In this document: positions 20,801-32,129 of the stretch, piece by piece
Position numbering within the stretch: position 1 is the stretch's first letter
How the letters are laid out: the number at the start of each line of letters is the position of its first letter
NCBI GenBank assembly: GCA_037439585.1
Contig: JBBIVU010000001.1
Coordinates: forward strand, 1-49,871
DNA length: 49,871 bases
Direction: 5' to 3'
Source of the DNA: Roseateles sp.
GTDB lineage: Bacteria > Pseudomonadota > Gammaproteobacteria > Burkholderiales > Burkholderiaceae_C
The notes under the pieces: model-generated
The model's database searches: none
What the model was told of the DNA's origin: nothing
What the model saw: only the letters and a program-made list of their open reading frames with translations
Program-made: the position numbers and the translations under genes

Positions 20801-21436
20801 GGCCTGCTCGCCCGCCGAGCCGGTCCCTTCGCGGTAGCAGTCAGAGGGCGAGAGCACTGCACCCACGAGTGCGAGGCAGGCCATGCTCAGCGAGACTAAC
20901 ACCCAGGGGCTGACAAACACATCGGCGCCAGCCAACTGGCCGAACAAGGCCCAGCAAGTGGCCTGGAACGCGAGGGTGGCCATGCAGGGCAGGGCAGCGG
21001 CGACGGCCAGCACGCGTGCCGCACCCAGACCCGTGCAGCCGCCGATGGCCAGCGCCAGTGCGCTTGAACTGGCCACCAGCAGCCAGCCTGCCAGGGCGAT
21101 GGTGCCGAGGGCCGACACGCCGGGGGCTGCGGGGCTGGAAATCCCGGTGGTCGGCAGCAGGCCGGCGGTGCCCCGAAGGGCGAGCATCAGTGCACTGCCG
21201 CAGGCAACCAGGCCCAGCATCCGGGCCCAGTGGGGGTGACGCCCGGCCGCCCCGATGGTGGCCGTCAGCAGCAGCGCGCTCAGGGTAAGCAGGCCGCCCA
21301 GTTCCGGGCTGGAGAGCCACGTCGGCGAGCCCTCCACAGGTGCCCCGCCCCCCTGGAGCAGCATGACCGCAGAGACACCCGCCAGCCAAGGCACGCCGCG
21401 GCCGTCAAGGACGCTTGCGAAAGTGGCTTTGCGCAT
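17819..21436 (-). pseudogene. Membrane PAS / HisKA_3 / HATPase sensor kinase with two frameshifts (real or assembly error)
   Basis: The multi-TM N-terminus (frame of ORF 19481-21436) switches at the G8 tract 20052-20059 into PAS domains and EDERKRIAREVHDELGQ. It switches again near 18215-18222 into the HATPase frame (FRAVQESLTNIAKHA, DNGRGF, GLGLVGMRER). Confidence 0.85.
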
Positions 21437-21636
21437 CTATGCGGTGTGTCCCCGTGATGTTCTTGTCGACGCGGCGGCCCGGGCCGGAATGCACCTGCGC
21501 CGTTGCAGGGCTGGACTCGCAGTCCCGGCATGGTTAGCAACGGTGCGACGAGAGGGTCGGGGCACTGTAATCGCACCCGTACCCTCATTCGGGTCGGTCG
21601 GCACTGGTCCTGGGGAAAGCGGCACCTGACGCCTTG

Positions 21637-21650
21637 TCAGGGATTCCTGA
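21637..21650. promoter_or_regulatory. Palindrome TCAGG-GATT-CCTGA, putative regulator site
   Basis: Perfect 5-bp arms about 200 bp upstream of the kinase start; a further CCTGAC half-site at 21625-21630. Confidence 0.45.
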
Positions 21651-21689
21651 ACGAAGCCAGGGTGTCAGCGTCGTCGGCTGCGCCGGTTC

Positions 21690-21945
21690 CACAGGTGCGT
21701 GCGATATGGAGGTACAGCGTGCGGGTGGCGGCGGAGTAGTTCCTCGATCGTAGCGAGGGGCTGGCGCACGGTGTTGGTGTGGAGGCCCATGCGGTGCGCG
21801 GTGGTCTTGGCGTTCTGTTTGCAGTCGAAATAGCACAGCAGTGTGGCGGCCAGCTCTGTGTGGCCAGGACAGCCATGGCACGCCGCAGCACAGCAAACTC
21901 CGCCAGCACGTCAGCCGAGCTGTCCATCGGGCGGGAGATCACCCC
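21690..21945 (-). pseudogene. 3' remnant of a PucR/CdaR-family transcriptional regulator
   Basis: A frame not in the ORF track (about 21859-21735) reads TELAATLLCYFDCKQNAKTTAHRMGLHTNTVRQPLATIEELL, a PucR-type C-terminal HTH. Flanking pieces lie in another frame. No start or N-terminus. Boundaries approximate. Confidence 0.7.
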
Positions 21946-22134
21946 AGGTCGCGAGACCGCTTTCCTGCATGGCCAGGATAGACAGAACGCCGCGGAAGTC
22001 ACGAGCCCACCGTGTGGCACGACGGATGAAGAGCCTCCGTCGGATCGCCCAAGTGCTGTACTTCAGCTTTGACGGTTGGCGCAGCATCTGCGCAGCCATG
22101 GCGGCGCCTGGTCCGTCGACGTCAGCCGGCAGGC

Positions 22135-23364
22135 TCAGCTCCGGTAATCCGCGTTGATGCTGACGTAGTCGTGGCTGAGGTCACAGGTCCACACCGTGGC
22201 GCTGGCCGTTCCGCGGTTCAGGCCCACGCGGATGGTGATCTCGGCCTGCTTCATCACGCGCTGGCCGTCTTCCTCGCGGTAGCTGGGCAGCCGGCCACCC
22301 TGGCGCACCACGGCCACGTCGTCCAGGTCCAGGTCGATCAGGCCTTGGTCCAGATCGCCGATGCCGGCATAGCCAACGGCAGCCAGGATGCGGCCGAGGT
22401 TGGGGTCGCTGGCGAAGAACGCCGTCTTGACCAGGGGCGAGTGGGCAATGGCGTAGGCCGCCAGCTTGCACTCGGCCTCGTTGCGACCGCCTTCGATCGT
22501 GATGGCGATGAACTTGGTGGCGCCCTCGCCGTCGCGAACGATGGCCTGGGCCAGCTCCTGCGCCAGCGAGATGAGCGCGGCACGCAGGGTCTGCGCGTCG
22601 GCGCTGTCCAGCGACGTGATCTCGGCATGCTGCGCCTTGCGGCTGGCGATCAGCATGAAGCAATCGTTGGTCGACGTGTCGCCATCGATGGTGATGCGGT
22701 TGAAGGAGGCATCGGCGGCTTCCTTCACCAGCGGCTGCAGCAGCGCCGGGTGGATGTGGGCATCGGTGGCGACGAAACCCAGCATGGTGGCCATGTTGGG
22801 GCGGATCATGCCGGCCCCCTTGGAGATGCCGGTCAGCGTGACGGGCACGCCGCCGATCTCGATGCGACGCGATGCGGCCTTGGGCAGGGTGTCCGTCGTC
22901 ATGATGCCGGCGGCGGCCTCGGCCCAGTTGTCGGCCTCGAGCGCAGCCAGTGCAGCGGGCAGGCCGGCGGTGATGCGATCGACCGGCAGCGTTTCCATGA
23001 TGACGCCGGTGGAGAACGGCAGGATCTGCTCGGGCACGCAGCCAATCAAGCCGGCCAGGGCCGTGCAGGTCTCGCGCGCACGGGCCAGGCCATCGGCCCC
23101 GGTGCCGGCATTGGCATTGCCGGTGTTGATCACCAGCGCGCGGACGGCGGCGCCACTGGCCAGGTGCTCGCGGCACACCTGCACGGGAGCGGCACAGAAG
23201 CGGTTGGTGGTGAACACGCCGGCCACGGCAGCCCCCTCGTCCAGCGCAATGACGTTGAGGTCGCGCCGGTTGGCCTTGCGCACGCCGGCCATGGTCACGC
23301 CAAGGCGCACACCCGGCACGGGCAACAGGGAGGCAGGATCGGGGGCGGACAGGTTGACAGGCAT
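22135..23364 (-). CDS. argJ: Glutamate N-acetyltransferase / ornithine acetyltransferase
   Basis: [46 protein letters not shown] and [17 protein letters not shown]. Confidence 0.97.
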   Translation of the reverse strand: MPVNLSAPDPASLLPVPGVRLGVTMAGVRKANRRDLNVIALDEGAAVAGVFTTNRFCAAPVQVCREHLASGAAVRALVINTGNANAGTGADGLARARETCTALAGLIGCVPEQILPFSTGVIMETLPVDRITAGLPAALAALEADNWAEAAAGIMTTDTLPKAASRRIEIGGVPVTLTGISKGAGMIRPNMATMLGFVATDAHIHPALLQPLVKEAADASFNRITIDGDTSTNDCFMLIASRKAQHAEITSLDSADAQTLRAALISLAQELAQAIVRDGEGATKFIAITIEGGRNEAECKLAAYAIAHSPLVKTAFFASDPNLGRILAAVGYAGIGDLDQGLIDLDLDDVAVVRQGGRLPSYREEDGQRVMKQAEITIRVGLNRGTASATVWTCDLSHDYVSINADYRS

Positions 23365-23443
23365 GGAGGTGAGCTCTGGGAGAGTCGGGAAAGCGCGGGG
23401 ATTGTAGGAAGCCCACGCCATCGCCGCCGGCTTTGCCCCACGC

Positions 23444-23467
23444 AAAAAGGCCCCCGAAGGGGCCTTT
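23444..23467 (-). terminator. Intrinsic terminator after the PEP-CTERM pair
   Basis: Minus strand reads AAAGGCCCC-TTCG-GGGGCCTTTTT: GC stem, UUCG loop and U-tract, 17 bp after the stop at 23485. Confidence 0.85.
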
Positions 23468-23484
23468 GGGGGCTGGCAGCGCGA

Positions 23485-24177
23485 TCAGCGAGATGCGCGA
23501 CGGCGCACCTTCAGGCCGACAATGCCCAAGCCGGCCAGCAGCAGGGCGTAGGTCTCTGGCTCAGGCACTGCAGTCAGCGGCGCGGCCACCACGAGGTCCT
23601 GGAGGCTGGCATTGGTCAGCTTGACCAGGGTGTAGCGGTCCGGACCGACGTAGCTGGAGGCCGTGCCGAGAAAGCTGTTGGCCAACTGGCTGATGGAATT
23701 CACCGTCGCGTCGCTGCCCAGCACGTGGAAGCTGCCGGAAGTGACATCCAGCGCGCTCCCCGTCTCGCGCACGATTTCCCAGATGGCCAGTTGGAAGGCT
23801 GCCTTGTCGTTGTAGTTCGACAGGCTGGCGTATTCGGTGGCGTACAGGCCCTGCAACAGCTTGGCCTGCGCACCAGAGAAGCTTTCCAGTGCGTAGTCAC
23901 GGGCGATGCCGGCGCGACCGTTCTGCTGGCTGGGCTCGATGCAGTAGGCGACGAAGCTGTTTGCCGTGCCGGTGTAGGTGTAATTGAGCGCTGTCGTCCA
24001 GTAGTCGCTCGTGACGGGCTGCGTGGAAGACACCGTGGTGTCCATCGTGCTCATCCGCGTGCCGTTCAGATCGGCCCCCTGCCAGGTGACGGACACGCTG
24101 CTGGCCGCGAACGCCGGTGCAGCGATCAACGCCATGGCAACTGCAAAAAGGCGGCCGGGATTGACGATGTGCTTCAT
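23485..24177 (-). CDS. PEP-CTERM surface protein with putative Cys-Gln thioester domain
   Basis: Signal peptide (..APAFA); AYCIEP, FQLAIW and LQDLVV; C-terminal VPEPETYALLLAGLGIVGLKVRRR. Confidence 0.88.
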   Translation of the reverse strand: MKHIVNPGRLFAVAMALIAAPAFAASSVSVTWQGADLNGTRMSTMDTTVSSTQPVTSDYWTTALNYTYTGTANSFVAYCIEPSQQNGRAGIARDYALESFSGAQAKLLQGLYATEYASLSNYNDKAAFQLAIWEIVRETGSALDVTSGSFHVLGSDATVNSISQLANSFLGTASSYVGPDRYTLVKLTNASLQDLVVAAPLTAVPEPETYALLLAGLGIVGLKVRRRASR

Positions 24178-24201
24178 GATCGGTTCAGCGCTCTGCGGAG
24201 T

Positions 24202-24708
24202 TCAGAAGGCACGGCGGCGCAGCGTAACACCCGTCGCCCCCAGCAGGGCGAGCACGGCCAAAGCGGCCGATTGCGGCTCGGGCAGCTCCACCGAGGCGTC
24301 GAAGCCGTTGCCGTTCTTGACAGCGTAGCTGACGCCGGCGACTTGCAGCAGCCAATCACCTGCAGCCAGCCGTTGCATGGGCATGGCCCACTGCTCGACG
24401 CCGGCGTCAGCGAAGTTCCAGTTCACAGCGACCAGCTCGTTCCAGCTGATCGCAACGCCGGCATGCGTCAGCAAGACGGATTGGATGTCCACCACCGGCA
24501 ACTCACCCACAGGCGCCAGCGTGATCAGGCTGCCAGAACCCCAGGTTTCCTCGGAAAGCGTGAAGGCCTTGCTGAGCGAGAAGGTGGTCCCCTTGCCACC
24601 GGTCCCGTCGATCAGACCGGTCAGGGTCGTGAGTTGCACCGTGCCTGCTTGAGCAGCACCCGCGGCCCAAGCCGCAGAAAACGCGAGGGAGCACAACAGT
24701 TGTTTCAT
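24202..24708 (-). CDS. PEP-CTERM surface protein
   Basis: Signal peptide MKQLLCSLAFSAAWAAGAAQA; C-terminal LPEPQSAALAVLALLGATGVTLRRR. Start taken at ATG 24708. Confidence 0.85.
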   Translation of the reverse strand: MKQLLCSLAFSAAWAAGAAQAGTVQLTTLTGLIDGTGGKGTTFSLSKAFTLSEETWGSGSLITLAPVGELPVVDIQSVLLTHAGVAISWNELVAVNWNFADAGVEQWAMPMQRLAAGDWLLQVAGVSYAVKNGNGFDASVELPEPQSAALAVLALLGATGVTLRRRAF

Positions 24709-24927
24709 GCGATCCGCCAATTTCGATCCGTGTTGTCCCGAGGTTTTCAAGACTTATGACCGACACTCTAGGGGGTAGCCCTAGGCTGCGGCACCCCCCA
24801 GGCACGTGGCGCAGGCCCTGGGACGTGCGCAAAAGCACAGTTTTCCCCTCGCTTGGGCGAACGATCGCATGCGCTTCCCTGCAAATGGGCTGGCAAAGCC
24901 GACCCGTCAGCGAACGATGGCGCGAGC

Positions 24928-27652
<2,725 letters not shown>

Positions 27653-27819
27653 GCTGCGAAATAGAGGGCTGGCGTGTGCCGGCGGGGCCGGCGAGACGCG
27701 CGAAACTGGGGGCGACACAGCGCAATGCAAGGCAGGTTTGCCGAACCGCGCAAAGCGGCGCAGTTTAGCAGCGCACCTTGGGTGAGCCTGGCCGCCGGCC
27801 GGCTTGCCTACACTGGGCC

Positions 27820-28158
27820 ATGGCCACAGCGACCCGCTACCTCAAGCCCCACTTGCGCGCCAGCGTGCCCGAGCCCACACCCATCGCCGATGCACTGCGC
27901 GCCCACGCCGGGCTGGCCCACCTCGGCCAGCGCCTGGAGGCGTCGAGCCGACGCCTGCGCACCATCTCACCCGCGTTGCCGGAGAGCCTGCGCGCCAGCG
28001 TCCAGGCCGGCCCGCTGGACGAGAACGGCTGGAGCCTGCTTGCGGCCAACGCCGCCGTGGCCGCCAAGCTGCGCCAGTTGCTGCCCCGCCTGGAAGCCCT
28101 GCTGGCGCAGGCAGGCCTCGCGCCCGCTGTCATTCGCATCAAGCTCGTGAAGCGTTAG
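27820..28158 (+). CDS. DciA/DUF721-like protein
   Basis: Small gene divergent from secA; [19 protein letters not shown]...I.IK pattern typical of betaproteobacterial DUF721 proteins. Confidence 0.72.
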   Translation: MATATRYLKPHLRASVPEPTPIADALRAHAGLAHLGQRLEASSRRLRTISPALPESLRASVQAGPLDENGWSLLAANAAVAAKLRQLLPRLEALLAQAGLAPAVIRIKLVKR

Positions 28159-28467
28159 GGCGCCACGCGGGCCACCCACGCCTATGGCACGCCCGGCGTG
28201 TTGGATACCTCGCAGCAGCTCGGGATCCGCTGCTGCCTGACGTGTTGGCACTGAGTTTGGCGTGATGCCAAGACGTCCCGCACCGGCTGCGGTTCAGTCC
28301 GCAAACGGCTGCTGCAGGGCCACTTGTCGGGCTGAACGCCAGGGCGATTGCAACCGCACCGCACGCACTGAGGGCGAGGCCCATGGACAGCAACACCTGA
28401 CGTACGCCGCAACATCGCTGTGATGAGAACCGATACGCCGCTATCTCAGCGAGACGGTTCGACGTAG

Positions 28468-28502
28468 AAAAGCCCCCAAGTGTTTGATTCACTTGGGGGC
28501 TT
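28468..28502 (-). terminator. Hairpin / probable terminator downstream of tRNA-Thr
   Basis: 13-bp stem AAGCCCCCAAGTG (28470-28482) / CACTTGGGGGCTT (28490-28502), ending in TTTT on the minus strand. Confidence 0.7.
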
Positions 28503-28535
28503 GATGCTTCGTGCAGTCTTGCTGACTCCGCGCAA

Positions 28536-28611
28536 TGGTGCCGGCTATCGGATTCGAACTGATGACCTACCGCTTACAAGGCGGTTGCTCTACCAACTGA
28601 GCTAAGCCGGC
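28536..28611 (-). tRNA. tRNA-Thr (anticodon TGT)
   Basis: 76 nt GCCGGCTTAGCTCAGTTGGTAGAGC...CTTGTAA...GTTCGAATC...AGCCGGCACCA; cloverleaf with encoded CCA. Confidence 0.97.
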
Positions 28612-28636
28612 GAAATCACGCCGCGATTCTAACCGC

Positions 28637-29155
28637 TCACTTCACCCGTTTGAGTGAAGGGCGCGGGCCGCCGCTCGGTGCGTCCGGTGCGGGCGGCGTG
28701 GGGTCGTCGCCCTGGCCCTCGGCCGGATCCCGGGCCAGTCGGAGACCGCCGCCGCGACGCGAATCTGAACCCGGTGAGCTCTTCGGCATCACCGTTGCCC
28801 CTTCAGCCAGGGCTTCGGGCGCCGGGAAGGCCATGCCCTGGCCGTTCTCGCGGGCATAGATGGCCACAACGTGATCGACAGGCACCAGGATTTCACGCGC
28901 AACGCCGCCAAAGCGCGCCTTGAACTGGATGAAGTCGTTGCCCAGGTCCAATCCACTGGTCGCGTCAAATCCGATGTTGAGCACGATCTCGTTGTTGGAC
29001 ACGTACTCCATCGGTACCTGCACCGACCGGTCGACATGCACCGCCACGTAGGGCGTGAAGCCGTTGTCTGTGCACCAATCATGGAGCGCACGGATCAGGT
29101 ACGGGCGGGTGGAGGTGCCGTTGCCCGTGCCGCTGGGGGCCGAGGTCTGGTCCAT
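28637..29155 (-). CDS. sspB: ClpXP specificity factor SspB
   Basis: STRPYLIRALHDWC.DNGFTPY, ARFGG, IYARENGQGM and C-terminal RPSLKRVK. Confidence 0.95.
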   Translation of the reverse strand: MDQTSAPSGTGNGTSTRPYLIRALHDWCTDNGFTPYVAVHVDRSVQVPMEYVSNNEIVLNIGFDATSGLDLGNDFIQFKARFGGVAREILVPVDHVVAIYARENGQGMAFPAPEALAEGATVMPKSSPGSDSRRGGGLRLARDPAEGQGDDPTPPAPDAPSGGPRPSLKRVK

Positions 29156-29772
29156 CAGCGGCGCATGACCTTTTCCGAGGGCGTCAGCGCCTCGATGTAC
29201 GCGGGGCGGCTGAAGATGCGCTCGGCGTACTTCAGCAGCGGCAGCGCATTCTTGGACATGTCGATGCCGTAATAGTCCAGACGCCACAGCAGCGGAGCGA
29301 TGGCCACGTCGAGCATCGAGAAGTCGTCGCCCAGCATGTACTTGTTCTTCAGGAAGATGGGCGCGAGCTGGGTCAAGCGGTCGCGAATTTGGGCGCGGGC
29401 TTTTTCGAGCTGCTTGTCCGTCGCCTTGGCCGTCGTGCCACGGCCTTCGAGGATGTTCACGTGAGCGAACAGCTCCTTCTCGAAGTTCAACAGGAACAGG
29501 CGCACGCGCGCGCGCGCCACCGGGTCGCCAGGCATCAACTGCGGATGCGGGAAGCGCTCGTCGATGTACTCGTTGATGATGTGCGATTCGTACAGGATGA
29601 GGTCCCGCTCGACGAGGATGGGCACCTCGTTGTACGGGTTCATCAGGGCGATGTCTTCGGGCTTCGCGAACAGGTCAACGTCACGGATCTCGAAGTCCAT
29701 GCCTTTCTCGAACAGCACAAAGCGGCAGCGGTGCGAGTAGGGGTCGGTGGTACCGGAGTAAAGGACCATCAT
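29155..29772 (-). CDS. sspA: Stringent starvation protein A (GST fold)
   Basis: MMVLYSG, NPYNEVP.LVERDL.LYES.IINEYIDERFPHP and APLLWRL; lies between petC and sspB. Confidence 0.95.
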   Translation of the reverse strand: MMVLYSGTTDPYSHRCRFVLFEKGMDFEIRDVDLFAKPEDIALMNPYNEVPILVERDLILYESHIINEYIDERFPHPQLMPGDPVARARVRLFLLNFEKELFAHVNILEGRGTTAKATDKQLEKARAQIRDRLTQLAPIFLKNKYMLGDDFSMLDVAIAPLLWRLDYYGIDMSKNALPLLKYAERIFSRPAYIEALTPSEKVMRR

Positions 29773-29913
29773 GGCTTGGGCTCCCGAGGGGTCAATCAAT
29801 CAAAAACACGCGACGGCCAAGGCCGCGCTGAAAAAGCAAACGCAGTGGGTGGCCGAAGCGCGCCCCACTGCGTGGTTCGGCACCGCTTTGAGGCGGCACC
29901 GGGACTTGCCGGT

Positions 29914-30684
29914 TTACTTCACGTCTTTCCAGTACGAGGCGTTGAGACGCCAAGCGAACACGGTCAGGAAACCGAGGAAGATCAGCACGATGACACCAAG
30001 CTGAAAACGCTGGCCCTGGGCCGGCTCGCCCATCCATTGCAGATAGGCCACCAGATCGGCCACCGCATCGTCGTACTGGCGGGTGGTCAACTGGCCAGGT
30101 GTCAGTTGCTCGTAGCCCGCGAAGACATGTGTCTTCTTGTCGTGATCATGCGGATCGGCAACCTCTTCGAATTTGGCTGCGCGCTGGCCTTGCAGTTCCC
30201 ACAGCACATGCGGCATGGCGACGCTGGGGAAGACCATGTTGTTCCAGCCGGTGGCCTTGGTCTCGTCGCGGTAGAAGCTCCGCATGTAGGTGTAGAGGTA
30301 ATCCGCACCCGAACCCTTCGCACCATCGGCGCGCGAACGGGCAATGACGCTCAAATCCGGCGGGTTCGCGCCAAACCAGGCCTTGGCGTCCTTGGCATCA
30401 ATGCTGACCTTCATCGTCTCGCCAACTTTTTCAGCAGCGAACAGCAGGTTGTTCTTGATGTCGGTCTCGGACAAACCGATGTCCCGCATGCGGTTGTAGC
30501 GCATGTAGGCTGCCGAGTGGCAGTTCAGGCAGTAGTTGACGAACAACTTGGCGCCGTTTTGCAGCGCAGCCATGTCCGACATCTTTTCCTTGGGGAACTT
30601 GTCCCATTCCGGGCCGCCCGTGTTGGCTTGCACAACACCAGCCCAACCCAGGGTGGCCAGCAGAAGAGCGATCAGCTTTTTCAT
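29914..30684 (-). CDS. petC: Cytochrome c1
   Basis: Signal peptide, CLNCH heme motif, PPDLS and C-terminal TM. Confidence 0.97.
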   Translation of the reverse strand: MKKLIALLLATLGWAGVVQANTGGPEWDKFPKEKMSDMAALQNGAKLFVNYCLNCHSAAYMRYNRMRDIGLSETDIKNNLLFAAEKVGETMKVSIDAKDAKAWFGANPPDLSVIARSRADGAKGSGADYLYTYMRSFYRDETKATGWNNMVFPSVAMPHVLWELQGQRAAKFEEVADPHDHDKKTHVFAGYEQLTPGQLTTRQYDDAVADLVAYLQWMGEPAQGQRFQLGVIVLIFLGFLTVFAWRLNASYWKDVK

Positions 30685-30704
30685 TTGTGTTCTTGCTCCG
30701 CAGC

Positions 30705-32111
30705 TCAGTGGGCGTGGAAAGTCACGCGGTCAGGCACCGGCTTGGGCACACCCAAGCGGCTCCACCAGGGCATCAGCAGGAAGAAGCCGAAGTAGAACAA
30801 GGTACCAGCCTGGGCCACCAGGGTGCCCATGTCGCTCGGCGGCTGGATGCCGAGATAGCCCAGCCACAGGAAAAAGACGACGAACACGGCGTAGACGTAC
30901 TTGTGCCAGTCCGGGCGGTAGCGGATCGACTTGACCGGGCTGTGATCCAGCCAGGGCAGGAAGAACAGGATGATGACTGCCCCCCCCATGACAACCACGC
31001 CCCAGAACTTGGCGTCGAACACCTTGAGCAGAAAGATCAACGCCGCGGCAGCAACCAGCAGCGCCACCTTGGCAGTACCACCGAACTTGCCCTTCAGGAA
31101 GCTCACAACGGCGGCCACACCGATCACGCCACACAGCACATTGACCATCACATCCGTCGTGGCGCGCAGCATCGAGTAGAACGGCGTGAAGTACCAGACC
31201 GGGGCGATGTGGGCCGGCGTTTTCAGCGGATCGGCCGGGATGAAGTTGTTGTACTCCAGGAAGTACCCCCCCAGTTCCGGCGCGAAGAAGATGATGGACG
31301 TGAAGACCATCAGGAACAGGCAGACGCCGTAGATGTCGTGCACTGTGTAGAAGGGATGGAAAGGCACACCATCGACTGGCTTGCCGTTGGCGTCCTTCGG
31401 GCCCTTCTTGATCTCGACGCCATCGGGGTTGTTCGAACCGACATCGTGCAGAGCCAGCAGGTGGGCGACCACCAGACCCAGCAGCACCAGCGGCACGGCG
31501 ATGACGTGGAAGCTGAAGAAGCGGTTCAACGTGGCGTCACCGACGACGTAGTCGCCGCGGATCATCAGCGCCAGGTCGCCACCGACGAACGGCACGGCCG
31601 CGAACAGGTTCACGATGACCTGGGCGCCCCAGTAGGACATCTGGCCCCAGGGCAGCAGGTAGCCCATGAAGGCCTCAGCCATCAGGCACAGGAAGATGGC
31701 GCAGCCGAAGATCCAGACCAGCTCACGCGGCTTGCGATAGCTGCCATAGATCAGGCCGCGGAACATGTGGAGGTAGACGACCACGAAGAACGCCGAAGCG
31801 CCCGTGCTGTGCATGTAGCGGATCAGCCAACCCCAGGGCACATCGCGCATGATGTACTCGACCGACGCGAAGGCCAGGCCCGCATCGGGCTTGTAGTGCA
31901 TCACCAGGAAGATGCCGGTGACGATCTGGATCACCAGCACCAGCAGGGCCAGCGAGCCGAAGATGTACCACCAGTTGAAGTTCTTCGGTGCGTAGTACTC
32001 CGACATGTGAACCTTGTAGGCATCGAACGCGGTCGGGAACCGGTTCTCCAGCCAGGTCATGGTCTTCACGCCAACCGAGGCGCCTGCGGGAGCTTCTTTG
32101 AATTCAGCCAT
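30705..32111 (-). CDS. petB: Cytochrome b
   Basis: RYMHSTGAS, YLHMFRG, PWGQMSYWGA, RFFSFH and HIAPVWYF (PEWY-equivalent). Confidence 0.98.
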   Translation of the reverse strand: MAEFKEAPAGASVGVKTMTWLENRFPTAFDAYKVHMSEYYAPKNFNWWYIFGSLALLVLVIQIVTGIFLVMHYKPDAGLAFASVEYIMRDVPWGWLIRYMHSTGASAFFVVVYLHMFRGLIYGSYRKPRELVWIFGCAIFLCLMAEAFMGYLLPWGQMSYWGAQVIVNLFAAVPFVGGDLALMIRGDYVVGDATLNRFFSFHVIAVPLVLLGLVVAHLLALHDVGSNNPDGVEIKKGPKDANGKPVDGVPFHPFYTVHDIYGVCLFLMVFTSIIFFAPELGGYFLEYNNFIPADPLKTPAHIAPVWYFTPFYSMLRATTDVMVNVLCGVIGVAAVVSFLKGKFGGTAKVALLVAAAALIFLLKVFDAKFWGVVVMGGAVIILFFLPWLDHSPVKSIRYRPDWHKYVYAVFVVFFLWLGYLGIQPPSDMGTLVAQAGTLFYFGFFLLMPWWSRLGVPKPVPDRVTFHAH

Positions 32112-32129
32112 GTCTCGTCCCGTTTCCTG

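Noticed and set aside
24881-24895. Possible sigma-54 promoter for the PEP-CTERM pair
   Set aside because: The minus strand reads TGCC-N7-TTGC, so the invariant -24 GG is missing.
28548-28564. A-C mismatch in the tRNA-Thr T-stem
   Set aside because: The rest of the cloverleaf and the CCA are intact, so one mismatch is not evidence of a pseudo-tRNA.
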